Source: a virus
Taxonomy: Duplodnaviria; Caudoviricetes
Reading direction: 5' to 3' (one strand)
Virus record (IMG/VR): IMGVR_UViG_3300011126_000071
Location: 1-54,549 of that record
Length of the DNA stretch: 54,549 nucleotides
Shown piece after piece: positions 1-9,610 of the stretch. The notes below the pieces were generated by a model. That model was given only the letters and a program-made list of their open reading frames with translations. It was not told the DNA's origin and did no database searches. A program made the position numbers and the translations under genes. The first letter of the stretch is position 1. Each line of letters starts with the position of its first letter.

Positions 1-243
1 TTGTTAGAAATGTTTGCACAACAGACAAATATGGTTGCTGGTACGTTAATTGGTGACCTTACAAATGTACATATTTACAAAAATCACATAGAACAATGTA
101 AGAAACAATTATCTAGGGAACCCCTTGAATTACCTACGTTAGAGTTAAATAAGGTTGATTCTATCTTTGATTATTGTTACGAAGATGTTAAGATATTAAA
201 TTATTCTTCACACCCAGCGATAAAAGGTGATATTTCTGTTTGA
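1..243 (+). CDS. thyA: Thymidylate synthase, C-terminal fragment (gene begins upstream of the window)
   Basis: GDLTNVHIYKNHIEQCKKQLSREP...NYSSHPAIKGDISV matches the ThyA C-terminus (D/NxHIYxNH, QLxREP, YxxHPxIK). The TTG at position 1 is only the window edge. Confidence 0.92.
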   Translation: MLEMFAQQTNMVAGTLIGDLTNVHIYKNHIEQCKKQLSREPLELPTLELNKVDSIFDYCYEDVKILNYSSHPAIKGDISV

Positions 244-270
244 TGGTTTGTATTTAATATTAAAAGGATT

Positions 271-456
271 ATGTACAAAGGAAGAAATGGGAATAGTATC
301 CCAAAAGGTGGTAGTGTATTTAGAGAGATACAAGCAATTAGGGATAGGGAAATAGACAATGAAATGTATTATGAGGGATTAGTTGAAGACTCATTTAATG
401 AGGATATTTTAAAATCATTAAAACGAATATTAATAAAAATAACTAAAGCATCTTAA
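271..456 (+). CDS. Hypothetical protein
   Basis: 61-aa ORF directly after thyA, ending within a terminator hairpin. Confidence 0.55.
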   Translation: MYKGRNGNSIPKGGSVFREIQAIRDREIDNEMYYEGLVEDSFNEDILKSLKRILIKITKAS

Positions 457-474
457 TTAAAGGATGCTTTTTTT
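445..474 (+). terminator. Rho-independent terminator
   Basis: AAAGCATC...GATGCTTT stem followed by a T run. Confidence 0.75.
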
Positions 475-525
475 ATTGTATCTCAATATTTATTAATATA
501 ATAGTTAAATAAAACAAAAATCAAT

Positions 526-777
526 ATGCCATTACAAAACGGAATAAATTCTATAATCCACACAGCCGCTGATGCTGACCTTACTGGTTTTACATATACA
601 CAAGTATATGCTGGTGCTGGTGCAACACCTACAATTAATGGTACGGCTGTTGTTATGGCTGCTGGTTCAACAATAGATATATTAGTTAGGTCTATTACAC
701 CAACTGGTAGTGTATTTGTTATAGGTGATAAAAAGACTACTAGCGACCCAAGTGGGACAACTGGTATAATTTTATAA
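526..777 (+). CDS. Small putative virion protein
   Basis: 83-aa Thr/Gly/Ala-rich ORF with beta-strand character; TATTTATT variant motif at 487-494 and an A-rich leader upstream. Confidence 0.6.
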   Translation: MPLQNGINSIIHTAADADLTGFTYTQVYAGAGATPTINGTAVVMAAGSTIDILVRSITPTGSVFVIGDKKTTSDPSGTTGIIL

Positions 778-795
778 CTTTACACAATAAGATAA

Positions 796-803
796 TATTT
801 ATA
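796..803 (+). promoter_or_regulatory. Putative phage late promoter TATTTATA
   Basis: Exact motif 16 nt before the ATG at 820; recurs before many structural genes. Confidence 0.7.
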
Positions 804-819
804 TAAAAAGATTAAACAC

Positions 820-1662
820 ATGGAAAATTCAAATATAAGACCAACTGGTAGAAAAGGTAGAGAAAACCTTGACCGTATGAGAGAACTAATGAAACTTACT
901 CCTATTAAGGAAGGTGTTGATAGGTCTACTGAGGTTGTAACTAAATTAGGACCAGATGGTAAGGCTTATGCTATTATCAAAGAGAATAACCAATACTATA
1001 TTAAAGTATCTGAAAAGACAAGTGGGCTTGTAATGGAAGATTTTAAATACATTGGTGGACTTATGAATAAGAAAAGTCAAGCTTATAATTCATATTCTGA
1101 GGCTGGTAAACAATTAAATATGAAATTCATCAACTTGGCAGAATCTGCTGAGGATAAAGTTTTTAATATTCTTAGAAATGATAACCTTTTAAAAGAATCA
1201 ACTGATATTAACGGTGGTGATGCTAAGGAAGACAAAAAGACTTCTGGTGATAATCTTGCTAGTGGTAGTAAAGTTGGTGTTGAAGATTTCGAAAAGGACA
1301 ATGCTGATGGTACTAAAGATGGTGACACTGGTAAGCATGCTGAGAAGTATGTAATGGAAGATGTTGAATTAACTGAGGAAGAAAAGTATATCGATGAAAT
1401 GCTTGACCCAGTTGGTAAAGAAGATGAGGATGTTGATAATGATGGTGATTCAGATAAGTCAGATGACTACATTAAAAACAAAAGAGATGCTATTGGTAAA
1501 GCAATGAAGAATGAAAACATTAGTATTTCTAAAGCAATGGGTATGATGGATAGAATTATCGATGAATCCACTGGTAGTTCTGAGAAAATCGATGCAATAC
1601 TAGAAAGCCTTTCTGATACTGAGAGACTTAAACTTGCTGATAGGTTAAAAAAAAAAGCATAA
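820..1662 (+). CDS. Putative internal head protein, N-terminal ORF of a probable -1 frameshift pair
   Basis: Acidic 280-aa ORF with many (I/L/V)xE motifs (IKE, LAE, LKE, LTE, IDE, ILE); ends LKKKA* over an A10 run. Confidence 0.7.
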   Translation: MENSNIRPTGRKGRENLDRMRELMKLTPIKEGVDRSTEVVTKLGPDGKAYAIIKENNQYYIKVSEKTSGLVMEDFKYIGGLMNKKSQAYNSYSEAGKQLNMKFINLAESAEDKVFNILRNDNLLKESTDINGGDAKEDKKTSGDNLASGSKVGVEDFEKDNADGTKDGDTGKHAEKYVMEDVELTEEEKYIDEMLDPVGKEDEDVDNDGDSDKSDDYIKNKRDAIGKAMKNENISISKAMGMMDRIIDESTGSSEKIDAILESLSDTERLKLADRLKKKA

Positions 1663-1682
1663 CTGAAACCCATTCTGATGGG

Positions 1683-2921
1683 ATGTCTACTGGTCTGTTT
1701 GCAGATGAGGAAGATGGTTATAATTTAGATAAAAATTTAGAAGAAACAAAATACGTTTTGAAGGGCAGTGCCCCTTCAAGCGATTCTTCGGTTATAGATG
1801 AGCCGTTTGATGAACCAAGTGGTGAAGATGCACCAATGGATGATTTAGGTGGGTTAGATGACTTAGAAGATGCACCAGCAGATGATAAACCATTTGATGA
1901 TGAACCATTTGATGCTGAGGTAGAGGCTGATGAAGATACCGACCCAGCAAAATACATACAACAACTTTCTGGAAAATTAGGTCAATCATTAAGACAATAT
2001 ACTGACGATGAAGGACAACCAGATTTTGACCTTGAGAAATTCGCAGTTAATTCTGTATTATCCGCAACGCATACTGGTGAAATGGATAAAGAAGACCAAA
2101 GAGACATTATTAATAAAGTTAAAGGTTCTGGTAAAGACGATGAAGAAGGTGGTGAAGATATTGATATTGAACTTGATGATGAAGTAGAAACTGATGGTGC
2201 TGATGACGGAGCAGAAGATTTAGACTTCGGTGATGAACCAGTAGAAGAGATTGTAGAAGAGTTACCATTAAATCAAGATAAGGGTACGAATAGATTTGAT
2301 AAGCAATCATATGTAGATGATTATAATTCGATGGAAGATTTTGAAGCTGATGAGCGAAATGGTTATTGGAGAGATGAATATCGTTATGATGATTATTATG
2401 ATGATAATGAAAAAGACGAGGAAGAAGTGCTTAGAGACTTAAGTACTGGTGAATATGATTTAACAACTGAAAATAAATTGCAAGAGTCTAAAAAAAGTCG
2501 TATATTTGTTGATAAAACAAAACTCGTAAAAGATTTAAGACTTATGGAGAATACAGAACCAATGGTTGAACCACAACCAATCACAAAACCATCTACTAAA
2601 CCAGCAAGACCTATGAGGGAGACTGAAAGACCGTTTTCACCTAAACCTAGGAGAACAACAGAAGTACAACCAGACCCAAAGGCAACTGTGTCAGAAGAAG
2701 GTGGTGTTGGTAACTCTGTAATGTTTGATGGTAAGGCTGTTGAGATTAGTTCGTTACAAATTGATGGGGTGGACACTAGAGATTATCCAGACTTTACTGA
2801 TGCTTATTTCACTTATGGTGAATATGTTGATGGGATGGAAATGACTGATGATGAATTAATGAAATTCCAAGAAGAAAATTACGATTTATTACATGATTTA
2901 GTACTTGCAATGTTTCATTAA
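1683..2921 (+). CDS. Acidic putative internal head protein, probably also made as a frameshift fusion
   Basis: D/E-rich 412-aa ORF; its frame is open from 1644 through the A10 run; Pro-rich linker and a compact C-terminal DYPDFTDAYF domain. Confidence 0.7.
   Translation: MSTGLFADEEDGYNLDKNLEETKYVLKGSAPSSDSSVIDEPFDEPSGEDAPMDDLGGLDDLEDAPADDKPFDDEPFDAEVEADEDTDPAKYIQQLSGKLGQSLRQYTDDEGQPDFDLEKFAVNSVLSATHTGEMDKEDQRDIINKVKGSGKDDEEGGEDIDIELDDEVETDGADDGAEDLDFGDEPVEEIVEELPLNQDKGTNRFDKQSYVDDYNSMEDFEADERNGYWRDEYRYDDYYDDNEKDEEEVLRDLSTGEYDLTTENKLQESKKSRIFVDKTKLVKDLRLMENTEPMVEPQPITKPSTKPARPMRETERPFSPKPRRTTEVQPDPKATVSEEGGVGNSVMFDGKAVEISSLQIDGVDTRDYPDFTDAYFTYGEYVDGMEMTDDELMKFQEENYDLLHDLVLAMFH
2477..2508 (+). 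promoter_or_regulatory. Intragenic Bacteroidota-type promoter (ATTG-N20-TATATTTG)
   Basis: Same -7 octamer and 20-nt spacing as the intergenic promoters at 16369-16400, 16707-16738 and 40364-40395; in-frame ATG at 2544. Confidence 0.5.
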
Positions 2922-2922
2922 T

Positions 2923-3354
2923 ATGGAAGAGTTATTTTTAATATATATAAACGTTGTTGGTAAGGATTGGAAAGGTGTTAACATCTATGAATTTATCTTT
3001 TCAGATGACAAAGAAAATATTGATGGTGAGGATTGGGATGCAATACCAGCTGCTGGAAGACCATCACCACCAAATGAAGAACATGTTATTAAGGTGGGTA
3101 AGTTATCAACAGATGATTTTAACTTACATGTAATACAAGAAAGTGATTCATTTTCAGTATGGGATGCTATCGATGGTGTTATTGCACTTGGATGGGAGAA
3201 CATGGATGATTATGATGAATATCCAGAAAAGAGATTAGCATTTCATTTTGGAGAAGATATAAAAAGTGTTGAAGATAAACTTTATGAACACGACCTAATA
3301 TTAGAATATAAAAAAGAAACCGATGTCAAACTTAAAGAAGAAGATACTGAATAA
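2923..3354 (+). CDS. Hypothetical phage protein
   Basis: ATG at 2923, just after the upstream stop, is preferred to the track start at 2905; globular, Trp-containing sequence. Confidence 0.7.
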   Translation: MEELFLIYINVVGKDWKGVNIYEFIFSDDKENIDGEDWDAIPAAGRPSPPNEEHVIKVGKLSTDDFNLHVIQESDSFSVWDAIDGVIALGWENMDDYDEYPEKRLAFHFGEDIKSVEDKLYEHDLILEYKKETDVKLKEEDTE

Positions 3355-4075
3355 ATTACACGAGAATAATAAAGCGGATATGCAAACAACATTTGATAAT
3401 AAAATGAAGGATGCTAAAGATGTTGTTACAAAAACATTAGGTTCTGACACACCGCCAGAAGAAGTTGAGGATATCGCTTCACAATTGGCAGTTGGTAAGG
3501 TAAGTGAAAATGATGATTCAACTGGTAGAGGTATTGGTGCTGGTATGAACCCAGAAGTAGAAGCAGATAAGTATGAAGAATACAGAGCACTTATGGCACA
3601 GTTGGCTGCTGAGGAAGGTGGAGAACAACCAGTTAAAGAAGAAGGGACGTTAACAGAAGGTACTAGTGATTATGATTTAACCAATGGTGGTAATATTGAT
3701 AATATGATGAGAGATGTTATATCAATACTTGGTAAGTATGTTGGTACTCATTCAACTAATAATGGTGCTGTTGCGAATGACAATAGAATTATTATGTATG
3801 ATTTAATAAATTCTGGTAAATTTAAAGGAAAGGTTCAACAAATGTTATCACCACAAGATATGCATAAAGGTTCAAGTGGTAGAGAGGTGCTAACTAATAA
3901 TGAAGGTGAAATGGTTAGATTCTTAAAATCTCTTGGGGTTAATACAGATAATTTAACATTTAGAGCAATGCCTGTAACTGAAAGTACTAATCCTAAGATG
4001 ACTAAGAATAAATTAGTTGAGGCAGTTACTGGTAGAAAGGTTATTAAGACAATTAAAGTAAAAGATATTAAGTAA
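3323..4075 (+). CDS. Putative internal head protein
   Basis: 250 aa with repeated LHE/VSE/VKE/LTE/VTE/LVE motifs; lies in the head operon. Confidence 0.6.
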   Translation: MSNLKKKILNKLHENNKADMQTTFDNKMKDAKDVVTKTLGSDTPPEEVEDIASQLAVGKVSENDDSTGRGIGAGMNPEVEADKYEEYRALMAQLAAEEGGEQPVKEEGTLTEGTSDYDLTNGGNIDNMMRDVISILGKYVGTHSTNNGAVANDNRIIMYDLINSGKFKGKVQQMLSPQDMHKGSSGREVLTNNEGEMVRFLKSLGVNTDNLTFRAMPVTESTNPKMTKNKLVEAVTGRKVIKTIKVKDIK

Positions 4076-5322
4076 TGAAATTAAATTATAGAGAATTAGC
4101 GAAAAAGGCTTTAAACGAAGCAAAGACTCCTAGTAAACAAATTAACGAAAGTATTCGTTACGCTGAGGGTCATGTTGAAAGAATGGACCCAAGATTGGAG
4201 AGAGAACTTAGAGATAGGAAACATTCTTTAGGTGACCATCCTATTTTCCCAGAAAGTGATGAAAAGACATTTGAACAAAAGATTGTTGCTGACAGATTTG
4301 AGGAAGTTATGAAAAATTACAAACAAAAATTTGATTGTGAAACAATAAATAACGATGAAGTTAAAGGTATTCAATATCCACTTGTAAAGGAATGTATGGC
4401 AATAGAAAGTTCCCATAAGAAAGAATTAGAGGATTTAGCCGTTAAGATGATTACAGAGGAATTTAACATACCAGAAGATATGGTTGAAATCACTGCTGAA
4501 TTGGTTGATGTGGTAAACATGGAAGGTACTAAAAAAGAAAAGACCCCAACCTCAGTTGAAATTGAATTCCAAGACCATGACCAGATTAAGAATGCGAATG
4601 AGAATGTATATAAAAGAAGGTTCCTTAATGCTATGATACAAGGTGCTGCTCAAAAATCTTCACATATGTATCATATGGTAAATAAAGATTTAACAGCGAT
4701 AGACCCAAGACTTATGACTAAGTATGGTAAACTTATGGCCGCTGCCGATTACTGTTATTTTGTTGAACCAGATATGCATGATGTAATGAAAGTTGATGAG
4801 ATGGGTGGTAAAACATTTGCTGGTGGTATTGTTAAGGTAACGTTACCAACAGAGCAAAACCCTAAGTGTTCTATACATGCACAAGGTATAGTATTCCCAA
4901 TACTTGTTCATGAATTAGTTAAAGGTATTATGGAAATTCTTTCAGCACATGGTTTACCAGAAGATGATAATATTGCTAAATATGTTATTGGTAAGGCTGA
5001 TTTCTTAGCTGCTGAACCATGGGATATGAGAATGGGACCAGCTTTATATGAGAGATTTACAAAATTAATCAACCCAGAAGACTTCCACTTAAAACATAAT
5101 ATATATACTGAATTGGTAGCATTACCTGTTAATGAATTTAATAGAAGTATGAGAGAGATAATGGCTGGTACTAAGTTAGGACAAGAAATTATAAACGAAT
5201 TAGTTGAAGAGTGTAAGAATAGAATTCAACAAGATGAATATCGTGATGAAATCGGTGATGATGATTCTGATGGATTTTCACTCAATGATTTAGATGGTAT
5301 CGACATCAACGACCTATTATAA
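4075..5322 (+). CDS. Hypothetical phage protein upstream of terminase
   Basis: 415 aa, coupled to the upstream stop (TAATG); N-terminal LNE/INE motifs; KRRFLNAMIQG and ILVHELVKG blocks. Confidence 0.7.
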   Translation: MKLNYRELAKKALNEAKTPSKQINESIRYAEGHVERMDPRLERELRDRKHSLGDHPIFPESDEKTFEQKIVADRFEEVMKNYKQKFDCETINNDEVKGIQYPLVKECMAIESSHKKELEDLAVKMITEEFNIPEDMVEITAELVDVVNMEGTKKEKTPTSVEIEFQDHDQIKNANENVYKRRFLNAMIQGAAQKSSHMYHMVNKDLTAIDPRLMTKYGKLMAAADYCYFVEPDMHDVMKVDEMGGKTFAGGIVKVTLPTEQNPKCSIHAQGIVFPILVHELVKGIMEILSAHGLPEDDNIAKYVIGKADFLAAEPWDMRMGPALYERFTKLINPEDFHLKHNIYTELVALPVNEFNRSMREIMAGTKLGQEIINELVEECKNRIQQDEYRDEIGDDDSDGFSLNDLDGIDINDLL

Positions 5323-5325
5323 AAG

Positions 5326-5351
5326 AAAGGCTCACTTAGTGGGCCTTTTTT
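5326..5351 (+). terminator. Rho-independent terminator
   Basis: AAGGCTCAC-TTA-GTGGGCCTT hairpin followed by a T run. Confidence 0.85.
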
Positions 5352-5380
5352 GTTTTTAGTCTTATTTGGTAATAAACGCA

Positions 5381-5388
5381 TATTTATA
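5381..5388 (+). promoter_or_regulatory. Putative late promoter TATTTATA
   Basis: 12 nt before the terL ATG at 5401. Confidence 0.7.
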
Positions 5389-5400
5389 ATAAAAAAGAAT

Positions 5401-7212
5401 ATGCTAACAACGTCCGAAATATTTAAGGAATATGCTAAATGTATACAAGACCCTATATATGCAATAGAAACATATATAGAAACTTTTGATAAAACTCAAG
5501 AGGGGTATGTTCCATTTAAATTATTCCCAAGACAGAAACAGATTGTTAAGGCTTATGAGGATAATAGATATAATTTAGTTACCAAGCCAAGGCAAGCTGG
5601 TATATCTACCACTACACAGGCTTATATGGCCGTTAAAGCTGGATTCGCAGACCCAGATAACCCAGAGGTTATACTTTGTATTGCAAATAAACTTAAATTA
5701 TCACAAAAATTCTTAAAGGGTATTAAGGATTATCTTAAGCAATTACCTAGGTGGATATGGGGACCAGAATTCTATGGTACAGAAGATGCTGAAAAGAAAT
5801 CAATCTTTGTTGTTGATTCTAAAATTGAAATTGAATTACCTAATGGTTCACAAGTTATTGCCGTTGCGACATCGGAAGATGCACTTAGGGGATATACACC
5901 TACTTACTTAGTATTTGATGAGGCTGCCTTTATTGATAATGGCGATGCTGTATATACAGCAGCCATGTCGTCAATATCAACGGGTGGTAAAGTAATACTT
6001 ATTTCCACACCTAATGGTATGGACCCATTATATTATAAAACATACGAACAATCTAAAAGTGGTAAAAATAGATATCACATTGTTGAGATGCGTTGGTTTG
6101 AGGACCCAAGATACAATAAAGACCTTAGATGGTTTAAGAAGATTGAGGATGGTGAGGACATTATTGAGAATGAAGTTGAATTTACCGTACCTTCATATAC
6201 TAAGAGAGTTGAGGATGGTTGGAAACCAACATCTACATGGTATGAAAATATGTGTATGGCCCTTAATAATAACGCTAGAAAGATTGCACAAGAGTTAGAT
6301 GTGTCATTCCTAGGTTCTGGTGGTAACGTAATTGATGATGAAACTATTGATTTCCACGATAAGAAGAATGTTCGTGAACCTAAGTTAACTAGTGGTGTTG
6401 AGGAAGAATTCTGGATGTGGGAAGAACCAATAGAGGGACATCAGTACATTTTAGGGTGTGATGTCAGTAGGGGTGATGGTGAGGATAGTTCAACTATTGT
6501 AATTATTGATTTCACAACTATGGAACAAGTATTTGAATACCAAGGTAAGATTCAACCAGATTTACTTGCTTATCATGTATTTGAATATGGTAACATGTAT
6601 AATGCTTATACAGTAGTGGATATTGCTGGTGGTATGGGTGTATCAACTGTACTTAAGTTGATTGAGATGAATTATAGTCAAAAGTTATTACATTACGATA
6701 AACCAGCCACTGGTACGGGTATATTACCAAATAAGGCTAGATTAAATAGAGTTAAGAACAAGGATAAAATGCCAGGCTTCAACGCCAACGGTGTTCGTCT
6801 TCCTATGATAGCAAACTTAGAAAGAGTACTAAGAGAAGATGCTGTTAAGGTTAGGTCAAGAAGGCTTGTATCGGAAATGAAAACATTCATTTATAAAAAT
6901 GGTAGACCAGACCACATGGATGGTTACCACGATGATTTACTTATGGCATTAGGTATGGCCTTATGGGTATTAGAATACTCATTTAAAAACCTAGAAAAAG
7001 CAAATGCACAAAATAAAGCAATACTTAGTAGTTGGAGTACTGGAAGTTCTGGTGCGAAGGACCCTAAAAAGACTGCTTACGATGGTGGATTTGTATCAAA
7101 TAACAATAAAGGGAAAACTACCGCACCCCGACCAAAATTTAATCCAAATGTGTCTAAGAATATGCAAGACCCAAATGGTGATTATATGTGGTTATTTAGC
7201 GGAACAAGATAA
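5401..7212 (+). CDS. terL: Terminase large subunit (T4 gp17-like)
   Basis: KPRQAGIST Walker A-like motif, LVFDEAAFI Walker B, ISTPNG coupling motif, and nuclease motifs GCDVSRGDGEDSS and HDDLLMAL. The ATG at 5401 is preferred over the TTG at 5350, which lies in the terminator. Confidence 0.95.
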   Translation: MLTTSEIFKEYAKCIQDPIYAIETYIETFDKTQEGYVPFKLFPRQKQIVKAYEDNRYNLVTKPRQAGISTTTQAYMAVKAGFADPDNPEVILCIANKLKLSQKFLKGIKDYLKQLPRWIWGPEFYGTEDAEKKSIFVVDSKIEIELPNGSQVIAVATSEDALRGYTPTYLVFDEAAFIDNGDAVYTAAMSSISTGGKVILISTPNGMDPLYYKTYEQSKSGKNRYHIVEMRWFEDPRYNKDLRWFKKIEDGEDIIENEVEFTVPSYTKRVEDGWKPTSTWYENMCMALNNNARKIAQELDVSFLGSGGNVIDDETIDFHDKKNVREPKLTSGVEEEFWMWEEPIEGHQYILGCDVSRGDGEDSSTIVIIDFTTMEQVFEYQGKIQPDLLAYHVFEYGNMYNAYTVVDIAGGMGVSTVLKLIEMNYSQKLLHYDKPATGTGILPNKARLNRVKNKDKMPGFNANGVRLPMIANLERVLREDAVKVRSRRLVSEMKTFIYKNGRPDHMDGYHDDLLMALGMALWVLEYSFKNLEKANAQNKAILSSWSTGSSGAKDPKKTAYDGGFVSNNNKGKTTAPRPKFNPNVSKNMQDPNGDYMWLFSGTR

Positions 7213-7215
7213 ATT

Positions 7216-7464
7216 ATGGGATTAGGACCAAAAGTATTTACAAGAAAGAATGGTAATCAAAAAGGTGGTAAACTTTATAAGTGGTCACCTGTACAATCAG
7301 ATAAGAGAGCAGATAAAGGTGATGCTGGAGAGCGTAATTTTTATTGTTCGGCTACACCACGTTCCCAAGGTGAAGATTGGATTGTTACTTATATGTACAC
7401 AATAACAGTTGTTGATGGGGTTCAAAAGAAAATAGCTTACGTTGCTTGTGATTATGTGAAGTAA
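7216..7464 (+). CDS. Hypothetical protein between terminase and portal
   Basis: 82-aa ORF packed 3 nt after terL. Confidence 0.6.
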   Translation: MGLGPKVFTRKNGNQKGGKLYKWSPVQSDKRADKGDAGERNFYCSATPRSQGEDWIVTYMYTITVVDGVQKKIAYVACDYVK

Positions 7465-7511
7465 GTATTTATTTATCAGAAAAAATTATTACATTATAGA
7501 AAAATTAAATT

Positions 7512-9563
7512 ATGGCTAAGAAGAAACTTACAGTCTTTCAGAGAATGAATAAAATGTTTGGACCAGATGGTGTTAATGTACCAAAAGACCAAACAAATAG
7601 ATATTCAATAGGGCGTGGAGAATTATTGAAAACAGATAATAAAGCAGACTATGAAGCGGCTAAACTACAGGCACAACAAGCTAAGTATCTTGGTGGTCAA
7701 TGGAAAAAGGTTGATAATGAATTATTTCAAAAGTCAATTCATTATGAAACAACTCGTATTGGTTCTTATTCTGATTTTGAGAATATGGAGTTCTACCCAG
7801 AAATCGCAGCTGCTTTGGATATAATGATGGAAGAGGCTACAACCGTTAATGATAAGGGTGAGGTTATAAACATTTATTCAGATTCAAAAAGGGTTAAAAA
7901 AATACTTAAAGATTTATTTCATAACAGATTAGATATTCATACATCATTACCAATGTGGACAAGAAACACTTGTAAATATGGTGATGATTTTGTATTTTTA
8001 AATATTGATGATAAGGTTGGTGTTGTTGGGGCTAGACAAATGCCTAACTTCGAAATGGAAAGAAGAGAAGGTAGTGTCTATGATGCTATTTCTAGACAAC
8101 ACGCAGTTGGTGAAGAAGATGCTGACGGTAAGGTTAAGTTTTATTGGAAAGGTAGAGATATTGAATTTTCATCTTGGCAAATTGCTCACTTCCGTTTATT
8201 GGGTGATGATAGAAGATTACCTTACGGTACATCTGTATTAGAGAAGGCTAGGAGAATTTGGAAACAATTATTATTATCTGAGGATGCAATGCTTATCTAC
8301 AGGGTGACAAGAGCACCAGAGAGAAGAGTCTATAAAATATATGTTGGTAATATTGATGATGAAGATGTTCCAGCATACGTAGATGAAATTGCTAATAGAT
8401 TTAAACGTTCACCAGTTATTGACCCACAGACAGGTCAAATTGATTTGAAGTATAATCAAATGGCAAATGACCAAGATTTCTTTATTCCAGTTAGAAGTGA
8501 GGATGCTCCTAACCCAATTGATACATTGGCTGGGGCGGCTAACCTTGACCAAATTGCGGATATTGAATATCTTCAAAAGAAATTATTTACAGCACTTAGA
8601 GTTCCTAAGTCTTTCTTAGGGTTTGAAGATGCTGTTGGTGAGGGTAAAAACCTTGCATTACAAGATATTAGATTTTCTAGAACTGTAAATAGAATTCAAC
8701 AAGCCATGCTTATGGAGTTGAATAAGATTGCTATCATTCATTTATACATCTTAGGATTCGAAGAAGAATTAGATAACTTCACACTGTCACTTAATAACCC
8801 ATCAGTACAAGCGGAAATGCTTAAGGTTGAACACTTACAGGCTAAGATGACACTTTACAAGGATTCTGTTAATGATGCTGGTAATGGATTTGGTGCTATG
8901 AGTATGACTAAGGCTAAGAGAGAAATTCTTGGTTGGTCTGATGATGAAATCAAACAAGACCTTCTTGAACAAAGAATGGAGAAAGCAGCAGCAGCTGAAC
9001 TTGAGAATACTGCTAACGTTATTAAGAACACTGGTATGTTTGATAAGGTTGATAGAATCTATGGTGACATTGAGATTGCTAAACAAGGTGGTGCTGCCGA
9101 AGGTGAAGGTGAAGATGCCGAAGGTGGTGGTCCATCTGGAGGTGGAGGCGGTGGCTTCGGAGGTGGTGGCTTCGGAGAAGAAGACTTAGACTTTGGTGAA
9201 GAAGGTGGTGCAGAAGATATTGAAGGTGCACCAGAAGGTGATGAGACTGTTGATGTTGGTGGTGAAGAAATTAGTGCTGATGATTTAGGTGGTGGGGAAC
9301 CTACTGAGGAATCACTTAAAAGAGTTGATAAACTTTTAACCGAACAAAAAGCATTACTTAAGGGTAAGCAAGAGGCTAGGGTTATTAAGAATCAAAAGAC
9401 TTATTTCGATAGACTTTCTGAATCAATAAAAAGTGATAAAAAGCCTAATGTTATCAGAGAAAAGATATACGATAAGAACCTAAAGATTAATGAAGATGTT
9501 AACAATATGATTGGTGATATTGATACTATGATTGATGGCTTAGAAAAGGATATTGACCAATAA
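7512..9563 (+). CDS. Portal protein (T4 gp20-like) with long acidic Gly-rich C-terminal extension
   Basis: EDAMLIYRVTRAPERRVYKIYVGN, DFFIPVR and DIEYLQKKLFTALRVPKSFL are gp20-family motifs. Confidence 0.95.
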   Translation: MAKKKLTVFQRMNKMFGPDGVNVPKDQTNRYSIGRGELLKTDNKADYEAAKLQAQQAKYLGGQWKKVDNELFQKSIHYETTRIGSYSDFENMEFYPEIAAALDIMMEEATTVNDKGEVINIYSDSKRVKKILKDLFHNRLDIHTSLPMWTRNTCKYGDDFVFLNIDDKVGVVGARQMPNFEMERREGSVYDAISRQHAVGEEDADGKVKFYWKGRDIEFSSWQIAHFRLLGDDRRLPYGTSVLEKARRIWKQLLLSEDAMLIYRVTRAPERRVYKIYVGNIDDEDVPAYVDEIANRFKRSPVIDPQTGQIDLKYNQMANDQDFFIPVRSEDAPNPIDTLAGAANLDQIADIEYLQKKLFTALRVPKSFLGFEDAVGEGKNLALQDIRFSRTVNRIQQAMLMELNKIAIIHLYILGFEEELDNFTLSLNNPSVQAEMLKVEHLQAKMTLYKDSVNDAGNGFGAMSMTKAKREILGWSDDEIKQDLLEQRMEKAAAAELENTANVIKNTGMFDKVDRIYGDIEIAKQGGAAEGEGEDAEGGGPSGGGGGGFGGGGFGEEDLDFGEEGGAEDIEGAPEGDETVDVGGEEISADDLGGGEPTEESLKRVDKLLTEQKALLKGKQEARVIKNQKTYFDRLSESIKSDKKPNVIREKIYDKNLKINEDVNNMIGDIDTMIDGLEKDIDQ

Positions 9564-9587
9564 GTGTTTTTTTAAACCCTATAAACA

Positions 9588-9595
9588 TATTTATA
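9588..9595 (+). promoter_or_regulatory. Putative late promoter TATTTATA
   Basis: 15 nt before the ATG at 9611. Confidence 0.7.
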
Positions 9596-9610
9596 TAAAA
9601 ATAGTATACA

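Noticed and set aside
5581-5612. Terminase inactive because Walker A reads RQAGIST without Lys
   Set aside because: All other ATPase and nuclease motifs are intact and the gene is essential; a variant P-loop is the simpler reading.
9085-9300. GC-richer GGTGGCTTCGGA repeats as foreign DNA or a repeat array
   Set aside because: They simply encode the Gly-rich linker of the portal C-terminal extension.
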